A DNA stretch of 64,000 nucleotides from Hormiphora californensis (Eukaryota; Animalia; Ctenophora), in NCBI GenBank assembly GCA_020137815.1, contig CM035351.1:7254001-7318000 (forward strand). The letters run 5' to 3'. Each line of letters begins with the position of its first letter. The stretch's first letter is position 1. A model generated the notes under the pieces. It worked only from the letters and a program-made list of their open reading frames with translations. It did not search any database and was not told the DNA's origin. The translations under genes were made by a program, and so were the position numbers. This document shows, piece by piece, positions 51,401-64,000 of the stretch.

Positions 51401-54400
51401 TATCATGTTTTATCATGTTTTATCATGTTGTATTTGTCCCAGGTGTGTAGATTGTTGGGCGAACTAGTAAAAAGGAACCCAGAGAAGGCCAGTACCCTGC
51501 TAAGTAGTGAATTGGTTGGTGAGATTGTAGACCAGGTTGGCCCCGATACAGTCTCCATTCTCTCCCTGTTGTCTGTTGTGTTACCCATAGAGGACCAGGA
51601 GATATCCAGCAACCTGATATCCTTCCTTGTTAACATTCTGGGTGAGTACAATGCCGACAAAAAGGACAAAAGAACATAAGGAGTGAATTCTGAAAATAAC
51701 TTTCCCTCTACCTGAAGAATATTTAGTAGTATAGTGATTTACTAGTAATATACTAGTAATATACTAGTAATATACTAGTAATATACTAGTAATATAGTGA
51801 TTTGCCGGGTTAACTGGCAAGTTACTACAAACTGCACTGGTCCAATATCATATTGGCAATATGTAGTTCTTAAACATCTCTTCTCTCTCTAGAGAATATT
51901 CCCCTGCACACGGTGTCAGAAAGGAGGTACGAGTGTGTCACTCTGGCATGCCAGTGTCTATCAGTCCTCCTCCAAGATAATCTCTCTCGTAAGGATGTGA
52001 CCACCCACCTCTCTGAGTGCCTCCCCGGTACTGTCACCGAATGGCTGGATAGTGCACCCAACCCTTTTGATGGAGAAGCTGGAAAACTATACAGGTGAGA
52101 TGCTGCTCTGCCTCACATATTGTTATGTTCTAACCCTCCTAGTCTAACTAGGAAACTCACGTAGCGCGCTCTTTATGAAACAACTTGCAGTGTGAGCCAC
52201 ACAGCTGCAGGTGTGTGGAAGTGTTCCAAATAGTGGGAAGTGTTACAAATAGTGGAAAGTGTTGTTTCACTACTACAAGATGTCAAATGACAAACCCACC
52301 CTCCCTATAACAAACCCTCTCCTTTTCTCCTAGTGAGATTTCGGTCCGGGCTGTTCTGGAATTGACATCTCTCCTGGGTAAGGTGGGTATGGCGGGACCC
52401 ATTATGGAGCACCCCAAGCTGCCACCCTATGTTGGGAAGGCCATCCTAAGCAGCGACCAAACTACCATAAACCTGGCCCTCAACTTCTCCCGTTCTTGCC
52501 CGCTCCGATCTGTGGACATTGCGTGAGTACTAAATACTAATAGTTGTTATTGTACTAACCCTCCTTTACATTTGTAAAAGATTTGGCGGAGCACACGGAA
52601 AGAGGGTCAAACAAATAGTTGGTTTGGAAAACAATTAACAGAACATTCCAGCAGACCTCACCAGGTTGGGTCACTATAACTCGGTGAGATCAATGTATAA
52701 CGAGCATTGAGCATGTCCCTATAATAATACACTCCAGACGGGTTTTCAGATCTGATCTTGTCTGTGGTTACCAGTGGTTACCGCCCTGCGTACCCATGGT
52801 TACCAGGCAGTGGTTACCCATCGTTACCCCTCGTTACCCATGTGCACCACCCTCCTCCATAACTTCCAACCTCTATCCGACACTGTACTCCAGATCCTCT
52901 TGGTAACGGGATTGAAAAGGCTATTCCCCGGAAACACTACCAAACTAAACAGCCCCAGGGGTGGTTGTGTGGTGGTGTTAACCCAACCGTAGACCACCAT
53001 CACAACCAGATAACAAATCCAAACCAACATCTTTGTTCCTATCAGTAGACCCAGGTTTAGTCTGATTACATCCCTTCCTTCCGTGGTATAACCTGGTTTT
53101 GAGCATGTAGATTAATGAGATGAGGAGGATAATTACCAGAAACCCAACCGGACCGAAGTACCCTAATTTGTTACAAAAGGGGCATGTTTATCTGAGAATG
53201 GGCTTGGCAACACACAACAGATTGTTTCCATAGTAACCAATGTCATAGTAGTAGAAAATCTCCGGTTTTGTGGTGATATTATGGAGGCCTTCCATCACCT
53301 GACTGACCTGAATACCAGTGGGACTTGTTGTTGTTGTGGTTCAACAGAGAGTACATTCGGGCAAAGTGAGATTCGTTAAACTCTCCCTCCAGAAATGGGT
53401 TACTCCCGCCTAGTACCAGCACGAACCCAGTCCTGAAGATGTCCCGGATTGGAGGGAGAATGGGTAGAACAGCTTGGACAATGTTCACCATACTCACTCC
53501 ACCACACACCACCCATGCAACTCTAACGGTACATGTGTAGATACCACGTACAGCCTGTATAACACTGAGTGCAGTGATACTGAGGAGGGAACCGTGCACT
53601 GAAATGGAAAATATACAGCCGAGAGTGATACACTGGCTACTAGACCTCCACCAATCGTGCTGTTTACAGAAATCTCCCCGGTAACCCATCACAGTTCCCA
53701 TGGCAACGAGGAGGACCATGTAGACCCCCATCATGACGTCATATACTGCTAGATGCATCAGGAACACCCTCTCAACTTCCTTCTCCTTCTCACTGGGAGC
53801 GCTCCTGAACTTCCCGAACCCCTGTTTACCGTTTAGTAAGATGATGGCATGATCCCATTAGGACAAGAAGGACAAACCACTTGGTGTGACCAATAAGGTG
53901 AGTATCGCTAGCAAGGAAGGTGTCGCTATGGCAACCCTCGCACTCGTCTTTACCGTTAACACAGTCTCGTACACCGTCACACACCTGTAGGCAGAAGGAG
54001 GGATGTTTGAGGGGGCGGGGGAGTCACAAAAATCTAGAATATGTGTATTGTGGTAACCATGGAGACTGGAATTTTAGTGATTAATTAATTAATTACCTGA
54101 TGCATGCCAACCCACGTCACTTCTTTCTCATCTCCCTCGCAGTAGAACCGATCTGGGCAGTATAGCTCATCGTGCCCATTGTAACAATCAGTTATCCCAT
54201 CACAAATCTTACCCAGCTCTGTCTCAGACTGAAACTCGCAGTAAAACTCCACCCTCCGACCCCTCTTGCTATCAAAATCCAGCTGGATTTGTTTACAGAG
54301 ATCAAGTGCCCACGTTGTGGATGAGGTTATGTTGAATCGGGGATCTCCTTTTAGTATTACAAAACATTGGTTCTGCTCCAAAAACATTCCAGCGTCTAAT

Positions 54401-57400
54401 CCATCTTTCCAGGTTGCAATTATCTGGTCGGCGTGGTTAGCAAGTACCTCACCAGGTGTCACAGTCTCCTGACTCTGGTTGCTATGGTTACAGTTCGTTG
54501 TCATGGGAACCTGACAATGCAACCTCTTCAAAACATCACCCTGGGAACAGATCTGTGTGGGTGTTAGACAGGTTCTGTATGAGTGATCCGGAAGGCACCA
54601 TATCTCCATACTTCCCTCGCACAGACACTCATCCATCCCATCGAGACAGTCAGACACTCCATCACAGACCTGGGAAAATGGGATACACCCGGGACCCTGG
54701 GGGCAAAAGAAGACATCTGTCTTACATCCACACTCGTCCGTCAGACATGAACTCTTTCCTGAGCAGTATAATAGATCGGAAAATACTAAATTATCCGGTG
54801 CACATAGGATTGTTTCTGCAGTTGCTAAGCGACCCATTGTAGTCATGTTTGTCTCATTGTCACCTAGGCGACCTGCTAGCCAAACCAGATCTACAGCCAT
54901 TTGGCAGATGAATACTGTTACATCATCTATCACAATGGGAGGTGCTTTTAGTATCTCCGGATCCTCGCCTAGAATATTGTGTAGTAAGTGCAGACATCTC
55001 CTCTCACCACTAGGGTACTTATCAGTTCTTCCAAAGATATCAACGAACAACGTTCCACCCCCTACATCTAGGACATTACGATCAAATCGAGCCTTTGGTT
55101 CCGTGTTCCATATTGGTCCAGTCCAGTTTGAAGGAGCATCCCCTGCAGCAGTTGAACCAGGAATGAGGAGGAGGATTGTTAGAATTAGCATAGCTCGACA
55201 TGAACTCTCTCTAGGTGTGGCTTAAATAGTCCCGCTGTAGCTCGGAGAGAAGTCGCAACAGCACTTCACACAAAAGGTTGCTAAAAGATGGTTGCTGAGT
55301 AGATGGTTGTACAAAGGATGCGAGAAGGCATTGTGATGCACATATCATATTGTTCTCAGAGATAAGACAGATCTTTGCCTTGCTCGACCTTGTAGCTCAC
55401 CGCGACAAAAGGTTTTGAACGAAACAATCAGATCTGAGATCTTTCATCTCTAAAATACTCCAGAATCAAGATTCAAGATGTACTATCTCAAGGGGATACC
55501 ACGGGTGCTTCAATCATGTTGTTCAACCTGGCCCCTGGCTGATCAATGATTGTTCTATGAATTTAGAGCTCAAATACCGATTCCATTGTACGAACAATAT
55601 AAATTCTCTAATTACCTACTTTAAGAAATGAGTAGTATCTAATCTCTATAGTAGTGAGTCAATTTGCCCGCCAATTCCATGTACGAACAATGCTAGTCAT
55701 ATCTCGCTAACGCTCACCACCCAGTTTTTACAGGGTAAGTAGTGTGATAGCCCACAAGTGGCTTACCACTAACGCTGACATGGATACCCTGAGACGGGAA
55801 TTAGCTGAGGTCTACCACCGTAACACAGGTACCACCCATTTAACCGGGGGGGGGGGGGAATGTATCTTGGTATGATTACCCCTAGCTACTTGATTGTTGA
55901 GTAAGGGGGTACTCAACTACTTATTCCCATCCACCAGATTTGCAGAGGCAGCTGGATCAAAACAGGATGATTGAACCCACCACAGCGGAACTAACTACTA
56001 CATCAGATAGTGGTATTGCCGAACTGATATCTCAGATGCGGGATGGTCTCCAGATTAAAGATGTCAGGTCCTCCCAGCTCCTTGAGATATTTCAGGTAAA
56101 CCAGAGCCGTGTTTTAGTACTGTCAGACCCCGATATACCGGGCAAACCCTTTTCCCCCTGAGCATCCCGGTAAATTGGGGTCCGACTGCAGTAGTACTGT
56201 CAGGTCAATGCTCTGATCAATGTTCTCGCGTGCTCTTTGAAAGAAATAAGAATAGGGTCAAGCCTTGGTTACAAACTTACCCCTCCCTTGACATCGTGCG
56301 AAGGTCTTTAGAGGGGTTATTTCGTAACCAAGGTGAAGCCCCAATGCTCTGACAGTTTTAGTACAACCACTTATATATCGTGGTATATCTTGTCAACTGT
56401 TTTTGACAACTACTTTACTGGGATGTCGGCTGTGCGTCACAGCATGGTGGCTGGGAATGGGAGCTGGGCTTGACGTGAGGGGAGGGTTGACAACATAATA
56501 GCTGCTCGTTATGCTGGGAATTTTTCAGTGAGAACTAGTTTAAAATGGGGCGAACATATATTTTCACATATCCAGGGAGCTCTCTAGAGAGCTCTCTCCT
56601 ACAGAATGGCCACCGCCAACAACATATTCCCACATTTTCACATAACCAACATATTATTCATATGTCGTGGTGGTGGTGGTGGCCTACATGTGTGTCTAGT
56701 ACAACACACATACTTTTAGTTCACGCTAAAATATTGCCCTGTGTCTCAGTCAAGATTGATACTGGGGTGCTATTTAGGTAATATTTAGGGGTGAGGTAAC
56801 AAATTGACGACGCTTGTATTTCTGAGGTGCTACTTTTCATATAAACCCAGAGCCGTATTTCAATATGTACCACTTAATACCATCATGTTACTTTTAGGAG
56901 AAAATTGCAGTGTTAACGAGGAAAGAGGCCCAGCTCAATGATTTGGTTGAGGCCAAAACAATGGCCCTACAACAAAGTGACCGACTTTTTACTCAGTTTA
57001 AAAACAGGTTTGCATGATCTTTCTGTAGATCTGTAGAGAAGCTGGATATATTGTGAGCTGGGATTGTGTTATGTGTGGGATATTCTTGGATTGTTTATAG
57101 CGCGGAACATGCAGTGTCAGGGATATTATAGTTCACAAGGAGAGAATATAATTATTTTATACAAAGGGGGAGGGTAACCTGCAGGCCTTTGAAGAATTCT
57201 ATCTTGTCGGGGCGAGGATTATTAGACAAATCAAGATTATTCTCTCTGTTGCCCCCCCCCCCCTGAGTCTCACTACTCCCAATTTTTCAAGAAAAACATA
57301 TAATTTAGGGTAGCGCAAGCAGAGAAGGAATGTGTGAAGTATCGGGAACTGCTTCATCACGCTGAGACAGAATCAGAGGGAAGACAGGACGAGCTGACCA

Positions 57401-58746
57401 GGATATTGAAAGAGAAAAACGATCTCATTGATGAGGTGAGAGTGGTAACCCCCGGCCCGGGGGGGGGGGGGGGTATAACCCCTGAATATCAGATTATCAG
57501 CAGTCCTGGGACCCGTGAATTTACCAGACCCCCTGTTCTACCAGCCTCCAGCTCCCATTTATTGGAAAAATAAGTTGCGTCGTCACTTGTGAGACTAGTG
57601 AGACTAGTTAATCTCAGTACCCACAGAACCAAGAAATATGCGCGATCTGCTTTGACGTACAATGTTATCGACAATTGACAATCAATAATAGGTATAGTCT
57701 CGACATTACATAAAATTGAATTCGTCTCTAAAGTGTATTAGCAATGCCCAATCGTCTCGCCTTTCTTGACATCATGTGGTCACATTCCCACCAGTTTATG
57801 GTCTGACAGGAACTCAATATTTTTGTATTACTCAACCTTTTTGGTGGTGATCTAAAAAAGCTCTCCAATGACCATGTCAGGCTGAAAAGACTACATAATA
57901 TTACATAACACTGTGTTCAGGTTGATTCCCTGAGAGGTGACCTGAAGGAAACCCAAACCTACAAAACCAAGTTCTCCTCGCTACAGACTGAGATGGAACA
58001 CCTAACTGAGAAACATGCTGATCTTCTTGCTAACAGCTGGTTCGTATTGCACTTTTTATAACTTCATATGCTTTTATTCATATATCGTATCTTCATCTCT
58101 CGGAATGGCTTTACATACATGATACATCATTCACCAACCACACTATGCATGAAGTTTATTCATTAATCTTTTTTTTCACTATAGCACTTGTGATGAATGA
58201 TGATATAAGCCCAGTTGTATCAGCCCCCTTTATATCACACCCCCCCCCCCTCGCCCTTTACATATTACAGTATGCTGATCGATGGAAGATCTCCCGCATA
58301 CCCCGTTATATACCCCCTCTGATACCCCGCTATATACCCCCCCCCCCTCTGATACCCCGTTATGTATATACCCCCTCTGATACCCAACGTTTTATACCCC
58401 CCTCTGATACCCCGCGTACTGTTTGCAGTGAGATGAAGGAGCAGCTTGAGGGATTACAAGAGGAAGTAACGGTGTTAAAGGATCACAATAAAACTTTGAA
58501 GGAACAGCACGAAATGTAATAATCAGCAATTACAGCAAAATAAGTCACATCTTTTCCCACGGTTACACGTGGTTACCATGGTTACTGAATTACACAATTA
58601 TAATACTAAACATTGACTAATTTAAAAATACAATCTGGCTAAATAAATTTTACATTTTTCAGTGACGCTCAGCAGGTTATTGTCCTCCAAAAGGAAAAGG
58701 AAAAGGTTCTGCTGACCCTGGAGGAGAAGGATAAACTCTACCTCAG
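36428..58746 (+). CDS. CIP2A: CIP2A (KIAA1524) orthologue; at least 18 exons, C-terminal exons not located (possibly beyond the window)
   Basis: Segments match CIP2A in order: YEIFKSSRTEDTLVQLSRSIE, LSNLSRNSLLVQSHIK, IIIFSLSFFASLCLTEDLGKK, IAELISQMRDGLQIKDVRSSQLLEIFQEKIAVLTRKEAQLNDLVEAKTMALQQSDRL, then coiled coil. Confidence 0.85.
37071..37765. mobile_element. Unclassified non-autonomous element with nested inverted repeats in a CIP2A intron
   Basis: AACTATGAACGTTTG/CAAACGTTCATAGTT and TTATGAAACCCGA/TCGGGTTTCATAA inverted pairs. Confidence 0.55.
38597..50760. repeat. ~12.2-kb intronic satellite, 34-bp unit (~355 copies)
   Basis: Unit TGGGAAAGTTTCTTAGAGATAAGTTGGGTCAAAG; diverged monomers at both edges. 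Confidence 0.98.
52824..55191 (-). pseudogene. LDLa-repeat 7TM receptor (GRL101/RXFP-like TM region, no LRR) nested antisense in a CIP2A intron; several frameshifts in exon 2
   Basis: Signal peptide; LDLa motifs VCDGVSDCLDGMDEC, ICDGITDCYNGHDE and VCDGVRDCVNGKDEC. TM2 HLAVYD, WRSSSQC, YYGNNLLC and NSLFNP. Intron ~54096-53986; shifts near 53850, 53310, 53190 and 53030. Confidence 0.8.
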
Positions 58747-59771
58747 TGAGTACTGCATGTCCCTTCTTATGAGAATGTTATGTATCCCTTGTTATGAGAA
58801 TATAGGGCCAGGCCAATGCTCTGACAGAGTAAATTACCCTTGTTCTAACATTTAAAGAGAGAGAGGGGGTTTAACAAGGCAACATGTACCCAGTTGGGTG
58901 AGGTAACCCGACTGGGAGGGAAGCCCTCGTCTGTAGTTTTCACGGTATAGTGTCTCTGTGTGTCTCGTTCTTTTGAAGTCTAACTGACTTCCCTTTGCTT
59001 CATTTCGTGATTGGCACGTTTCAGTGTATCGAATCAAGCTGATCAAGCTTAGGTCCGTTCCTGTAATGAGATATGATGTGTGATTATACTCAATGGATAT
59101 GTTAGATCTAGAGGGAGAGAGAGAGGGAGAGAAGGGTAATACACCGAAGGGTAATACACCGGAGAAGACACGAAAAAAAGAGGAAAAAAAGGGTAATACA
59201 CCAGGAAAGAAATTAAGGAAATTAAAGAAGATATTGAATTTCATGATAGGTAATTGTATAACATACATGTCACAGCTGAGATCAACATGATCGTCTAGTC
59301 GACAGCTGTGCAGGCCCGCGACAGCAGCGCATGACAGTTTACAAATTAAACATGGTTCCCTAGAACTACTATATTCCACGTTGGATCTTAGCTTGAAGCT
59401 GTCTAATTAATCTCATGTCGCCAACGAGGATTTACAAATTCATTTCCCTGCACCCCTTACATCATATTAACATGATTAACCTTATAACCCATCTCTCTCT
59501 CTTCCTACTTCAAGACAGCGTCGTCAAGCAAAATGTTCAGCCATGAATTTCGCAACCGCGGCCGCGGAAGTTAGCGAGCTGCTTACCTATAATATATCAG
59601 ATAATCAAAATACCTAACTGCCATCTCTAAATTGATGAACATTATTTAAATTGGAATGTAAGGGTTCATATTTCATTTAATTTGATGTAAAAAGTACCTT
59701 GGTTTTCGGCGGAACAGGAACTTCCTTATCTCGGCGTAGAGGTGTTTGTTGAATGAAATGTAGATGATTGG

Positions 59772-61650
59772 ATTTATCGGAGCACTGCATGGGGGATTGG
59801 GAGGGGGTTAGGATGTTTATTGGGGCACTAGGACGGGGGTTAGGTTGTTTATCGGAGCACTGCATGGGGGATTGGGAGGGGGTTAGGATGTTTATTGGGG
59901 CACTGGGACGGGGGTTAGGTTGTTTATCGGAGCACTGCATGGGGGATTGGGAGGGGGTTAGGATGTTTATTGGGGCACTGGGACGGGGGTTAGGTTGTCT
60001 ATCGGAGCACTGCATGGGGGATTGGGAGGGGGTTAGGATGTTTATTGGGGCACTGGGACGGGGGTTAGGTTGTCTATCGGAGCACTAGCAGGGGTATTGG
60101 GAGGGGGTTAGGATGTTTATTGGGGCACTGGGACGGGGGTTAGGTTGTCTATCGGAGCACTAGCAGGGGGATTGGGAGGGGGTTAGGATGTTTATTGTGG
60201 CACTGGGACGGGGGTTAGGTTGTCTATCGGAGCACTAGCAGGGGTATTGGGAGGAGAATTAGGATGTTTATTGGGGCACTGGGACGGGGGTTAGGTTGTC
60301 TATCGGAGCACTAGCAGGGGGATTGGGAGGGGGTTAGGATGTTTATTGTGGCACTGGGACGGGGGTTAGGTTGTCTATCGGAGCACTAGCAGGGGATTGG
60401 GAGGGGGTTAGGATGTTTATTGTGGCACTGGGACGGGGGTTAGGTTGTCTATCGGAGCACTGCATGGGGGGATTGGGAGGGAGTTAGGTTGTTTATCGGG
60501 GCACTGGGACGGGGGTTAGGTTGTCTATCGGAGCACTAGGAGGGGTATTGGGAGGAGGTTAGGATGTTTATTGGGGCACTGGGACGGGGGTTAGGTTGTC
60601 TATCGGAGCACTGCATGGGGGGATTGGGAGGAGGTTAGGATGTTTATTGGGGCACTGGGACGGGGGTTAGGTTGTCTATCGGAGCACTAGGCAGGGGTAT
60701 TGGGAGGAGGTTAGGATGTTTATTGGGGCACTGGGACGGGGGTTAGGTTGTCTATCGGAGCACTAGGAGGGGGTTAGGATGTTTATTGGGGCACTGGGAC
60801 GGGGGTTAGGTTGTCTATCGGAGCACTGCATGGGGTATTGGGAGGAGGTTAGGATGTTTATTGGGGCACTGGGACGGGGGTTAGGTTGTCTATCGGAGCA
60901 CTAGCAGGGGTATTGGGAGGAGGTTAGGATGTTTATTGGGGCACTGGGACGGGGGTTAGGTTGTCTATCGGAGCACTAGCAGGGGGATTGGGAGGAGGTT
61001 AGGATGTTTATTGGGGCACTGGGACGGGGGTTAGGTTGTCTATCGGAGCACTAGCAGGGGGATTGGGAGGAGGTTAGGATGTTTATTGGGGCACTGGGAC
61101 GGGGGTTAGGATTGTCTATCGGAGCACTAGCAGGGGGATTGGGAGGAGGTTAGGATGTTTATTGGGGCACTGGGACGGGGGTTAGGTTGTCTATCGGAGC
61201 ACTAGCAGGGGGATTGGGAGGAGGTTAGGATGTTTATTGGGGCACTGGGACGGGGGTTAGGTTGTCTATCGGAGCACTAGCAGGGGGATTGGGAGGAGGT
61301 TAGGATGTTTATTGGGGCACTGGGACGGGGGTTAGGTTGTCTATCGGAGCACTAGCAGGGGGATTGGGAGGAGAATTAGGATGTTTATTGGGGCACTGGG
61401 ACGGGGGTTAGGAATTGTCTATCGGAGCACTAGCAGGGGGATTGGGAGGGGGTTAGGATGTTTATTGGGACACTGGGACGGGGGTTAGGAATTGTCTATC
61501 GGAGCACTAGTAGGGGTATTGGGAGGGGGTTAGGATGTTTATTGGGGCACTGGGACGGGGGTTAGGAATTGTCTATCGGAGCACTAGCAGGGGGATTGGG
61601 AGGGAATTAGGTTGTTTATCGGGGCACTAGCAGGATAATTAGGATGTTAT
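59772..61650. repeat. G-rich 75-bp minisatellite (~25 copies)
   Basis: ATCGGAGCAC recurs at 59851, 59926 and 60001. Each unit has two GGGGGTTAGG-type motifs. Confidence 0.95.
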
Positions 61651-62148
61651 AGCACGGCTTCTCAATCACCCGTTTGTAAAATATTTCTCATCAGTATGAT
61701 CGCATTCTATATGTTTAGATCAAAGGAGGTCATGAGGTATATTTAATTTTAGATATTATAGGATATAGGCATGGGTCGCGGGTATCTATGAGCCAATCTA
61801 CAGATTGCACGATAGATCCTTATAAATTATCCTTAATATTTCTCACCCCCTGTATACAGAGAGGACAGTGGGCCGTATTAAATACTACATATATTTTCAA
61901 ACAGGATAATATACAAAGCTCTATTAATGAACTTTGAAGTTTCAGCCAGCTTGGGAAACTAGCAGCTGCTACAAGAACAGTTTCATAACATGCATTCTCT
62001 GAATTTTATGTCCCTTACATCTAAGGTGGTTAGAAACAATTCTTTACCATTACATAATTCTTTACCATGTCTCATGCGACCTCCTATAGAAAGAGAGACA
62101 TAATGAAAAATGGTAGACTATTTAAAAGTATATGAATTACTCTCTCAC

Positions 62149-62993
62149 CTTGCGTGGTTAATCCAGACGAGCCACTTGTAGTTACCCCCTAGGTAGTGGG
62201 CACTGAAGAACAGATTGTAGATGGAGAGGGGGAAGGAGGTGAGGACATTTGTCAGACATACCGCTACCATCATACGTGCTGACCTGGGAAAGGGAGTAGA
62301 GTGAGTGACATATATACAGTAGTAGATAGATACATGGGTAGAGTGGTAGAGTGGTAGATAGGTAGATAGATAGATAGATAGAGTGGTAGTTAGAGATATA
62401 TTTTATAGACAGATATAGAGTGGTAGTTTGTGTGAATGCCGTGGTGGTAACGAGGTGTGTGGTAATTCATTATCGCTGCATTGTTACGAGATATGTATCT
62501 ACTAAGTGATATGATATGTGTATCTACTGACGAGATACAATGTATCTATTGACCTTGTTCCAGCTTCCTGCCATAACTCTAACGCCCGGTGGTTTTTAGT
62601 CAAAACAGCCCGCTGTAGCCCGTGAACGTGTTGATCTCGAGGTGTCCCCATAACCGAAGGTCTGTCCCCGGCCCCCATTCGAGGTGTAGAGAGAGGGAAG
62701 AAACCCTCTCCACCTGCTTCGTGCCACTTCCTTATCATGGCACCCACAACAGCAGAGTAACCCAGGACTAGGAGAACCTGGAGGACCATGAAACCAATTG
62801 TGTCCAGGGAGAACATGGTCTTGATCAGACCCCATGGAGCTGAAACATAGAATTAAGATTGGGTCACTCTGACACTATAGAAGGACCTCCCCATTCTCTC
62901 TCGATCTCTCCCACCCGCTCTCTATCTCTCCCACCCCCTCTCCAGTCTCCACTCTCTCTCCCAACCTCTCTATAATATCTCCCTCTCTCCCAC

Positions 62994-63055
<62 letters not shown>

Positions 63056-63062
63056 TCTCTCG

Positions 63063-63117
<55 letters not shown>

Positions 63118-64000
63118 CCTCTCTCTCTCTTCATTTCATACCGACTGTATCGGGAGGGAACAACACCACTATGCAATTCAGCACGTCGTGATCGTAACAA
63201 GATGCCACCACTTTGGTTGAATGAAGGACGGTACACTGTACCAAATTGTAGAACAACGGTACCCCCAACCTGTAGTAGGGAGATTTGATCATGACAGAAG
63301 ATTCGGAGACCTGATGATGGAAAATCCTACAGTTTACACGTGATATTTACCCGATTGCCAGGCTGATTTTGAATCCCTTTGATTGTCGGTAGTTGGCCGG
63401 GTGTTTCACCATCCGGTAACGATCCACTGCAATGACAACTAACATACCCATTGCCATGTACTTTAGTAGTTGATCAGCCCACATTACAAACCTGAACATA
63501 CGGTATATTATTGCACTCAAACTCAGCTGAGAAAAGAAATAATAAAAACAAAGCTTCTTGAATAGAAGATATCCCTTCAATTTCTTAAAAGTGATTCTAT
63601 AAAGTGATACAAAACTGACCCGCAGACTACAAGGTAGTTCCTGAACAGGATCCCTGAAGTGTTCATATTAAGAAGGGCGGAGGACCCCACCATGAATATA
63701 GTGAGACCATCTATAGATGCCAGTACCATGGTATACCTGACGTAGAGGTAAAGTAGTTAGGGGGTTAGTGGTGAAGTAGTATATAACAGTGGTGCTTGTA
63801 GTGGTGAAGTGTAGTTAGGGGGTTGAGTAAAGAATGCAAATGGTGATAAATACCTGCCGAAATGACACTTCAATTGCAGTAAAGAATGGCGATATATAAT
63901 GATCCGGGGAGACCACCAAATAAGGTGACTAAAGTGGAGGAATGTGTTACCTGCAGGATACGTTTTGTCGAAGATTCTTGTTTCGTGTGATTGCAATAAC
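62149..64000 (-). CDS. Multi-exon class A GPCR (partial: starts beyond the window, TM7 exon not located)
   Basis: Exons ~64000-63951, 63736-63619, 63491-63351, 63269-63143, 62839-62554, 62283-62149. Motifs RNKNLR, LASID, IAVDRY and TM6 TNVLTSFPL. Confidence 0.85.

Noticed and set aside
59677-60088. 25-aa repeat ORFs
   Set aside because: Translation of the 75-bp minisatellite; frames break in later units.

Overview
Compact, intron-rich animal genomic DNA. It is probably ctenophore, an inference from the divergent class-A GPCR types, dense nested genes and splice acceptors just before start codons. Genes in order: 3' end of a GPCR (+); a C16orf89/DUF4735-like gene (-) head-to-head with a secreted 4xShK gene (+); a 5'-truncated CR1-type LINE; an SLC41/MgtE transporter (+) whose introns host a frameshifted GPCR (+) and a GH31 alpha-glucosidase (-); an orphan ORF; rpL4 (-) head-to-head with a C2H2 zinc-finger gene; an MFS transporter (-); and a CIP2A orthologue (+). 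CIP2A introns hold a 12-kb 34-bp satellite and an LDLa-7TM receptor gene, and possibly also a G-rich 75-bp minisatellite and another GPCR. There are many TTAA-flanked foldback MITEs and tiny hairpin elements. The most striking object is a 3.07-kb non-coding retro-insertion (poly(A), 14-bp TSD; 32607-35676). It carries a ~395-bp transposon-derived hairpin in which all 78 arm differences over 250 gapless bp are G.U-type on the poly(A) strand. These differences polarise as A-to-G and follow the ADAR neighbour preference, so it looks like an A-to-I hyper-edited RNA written back into the genome. All counts are manual; exon boundaries were read by eye.
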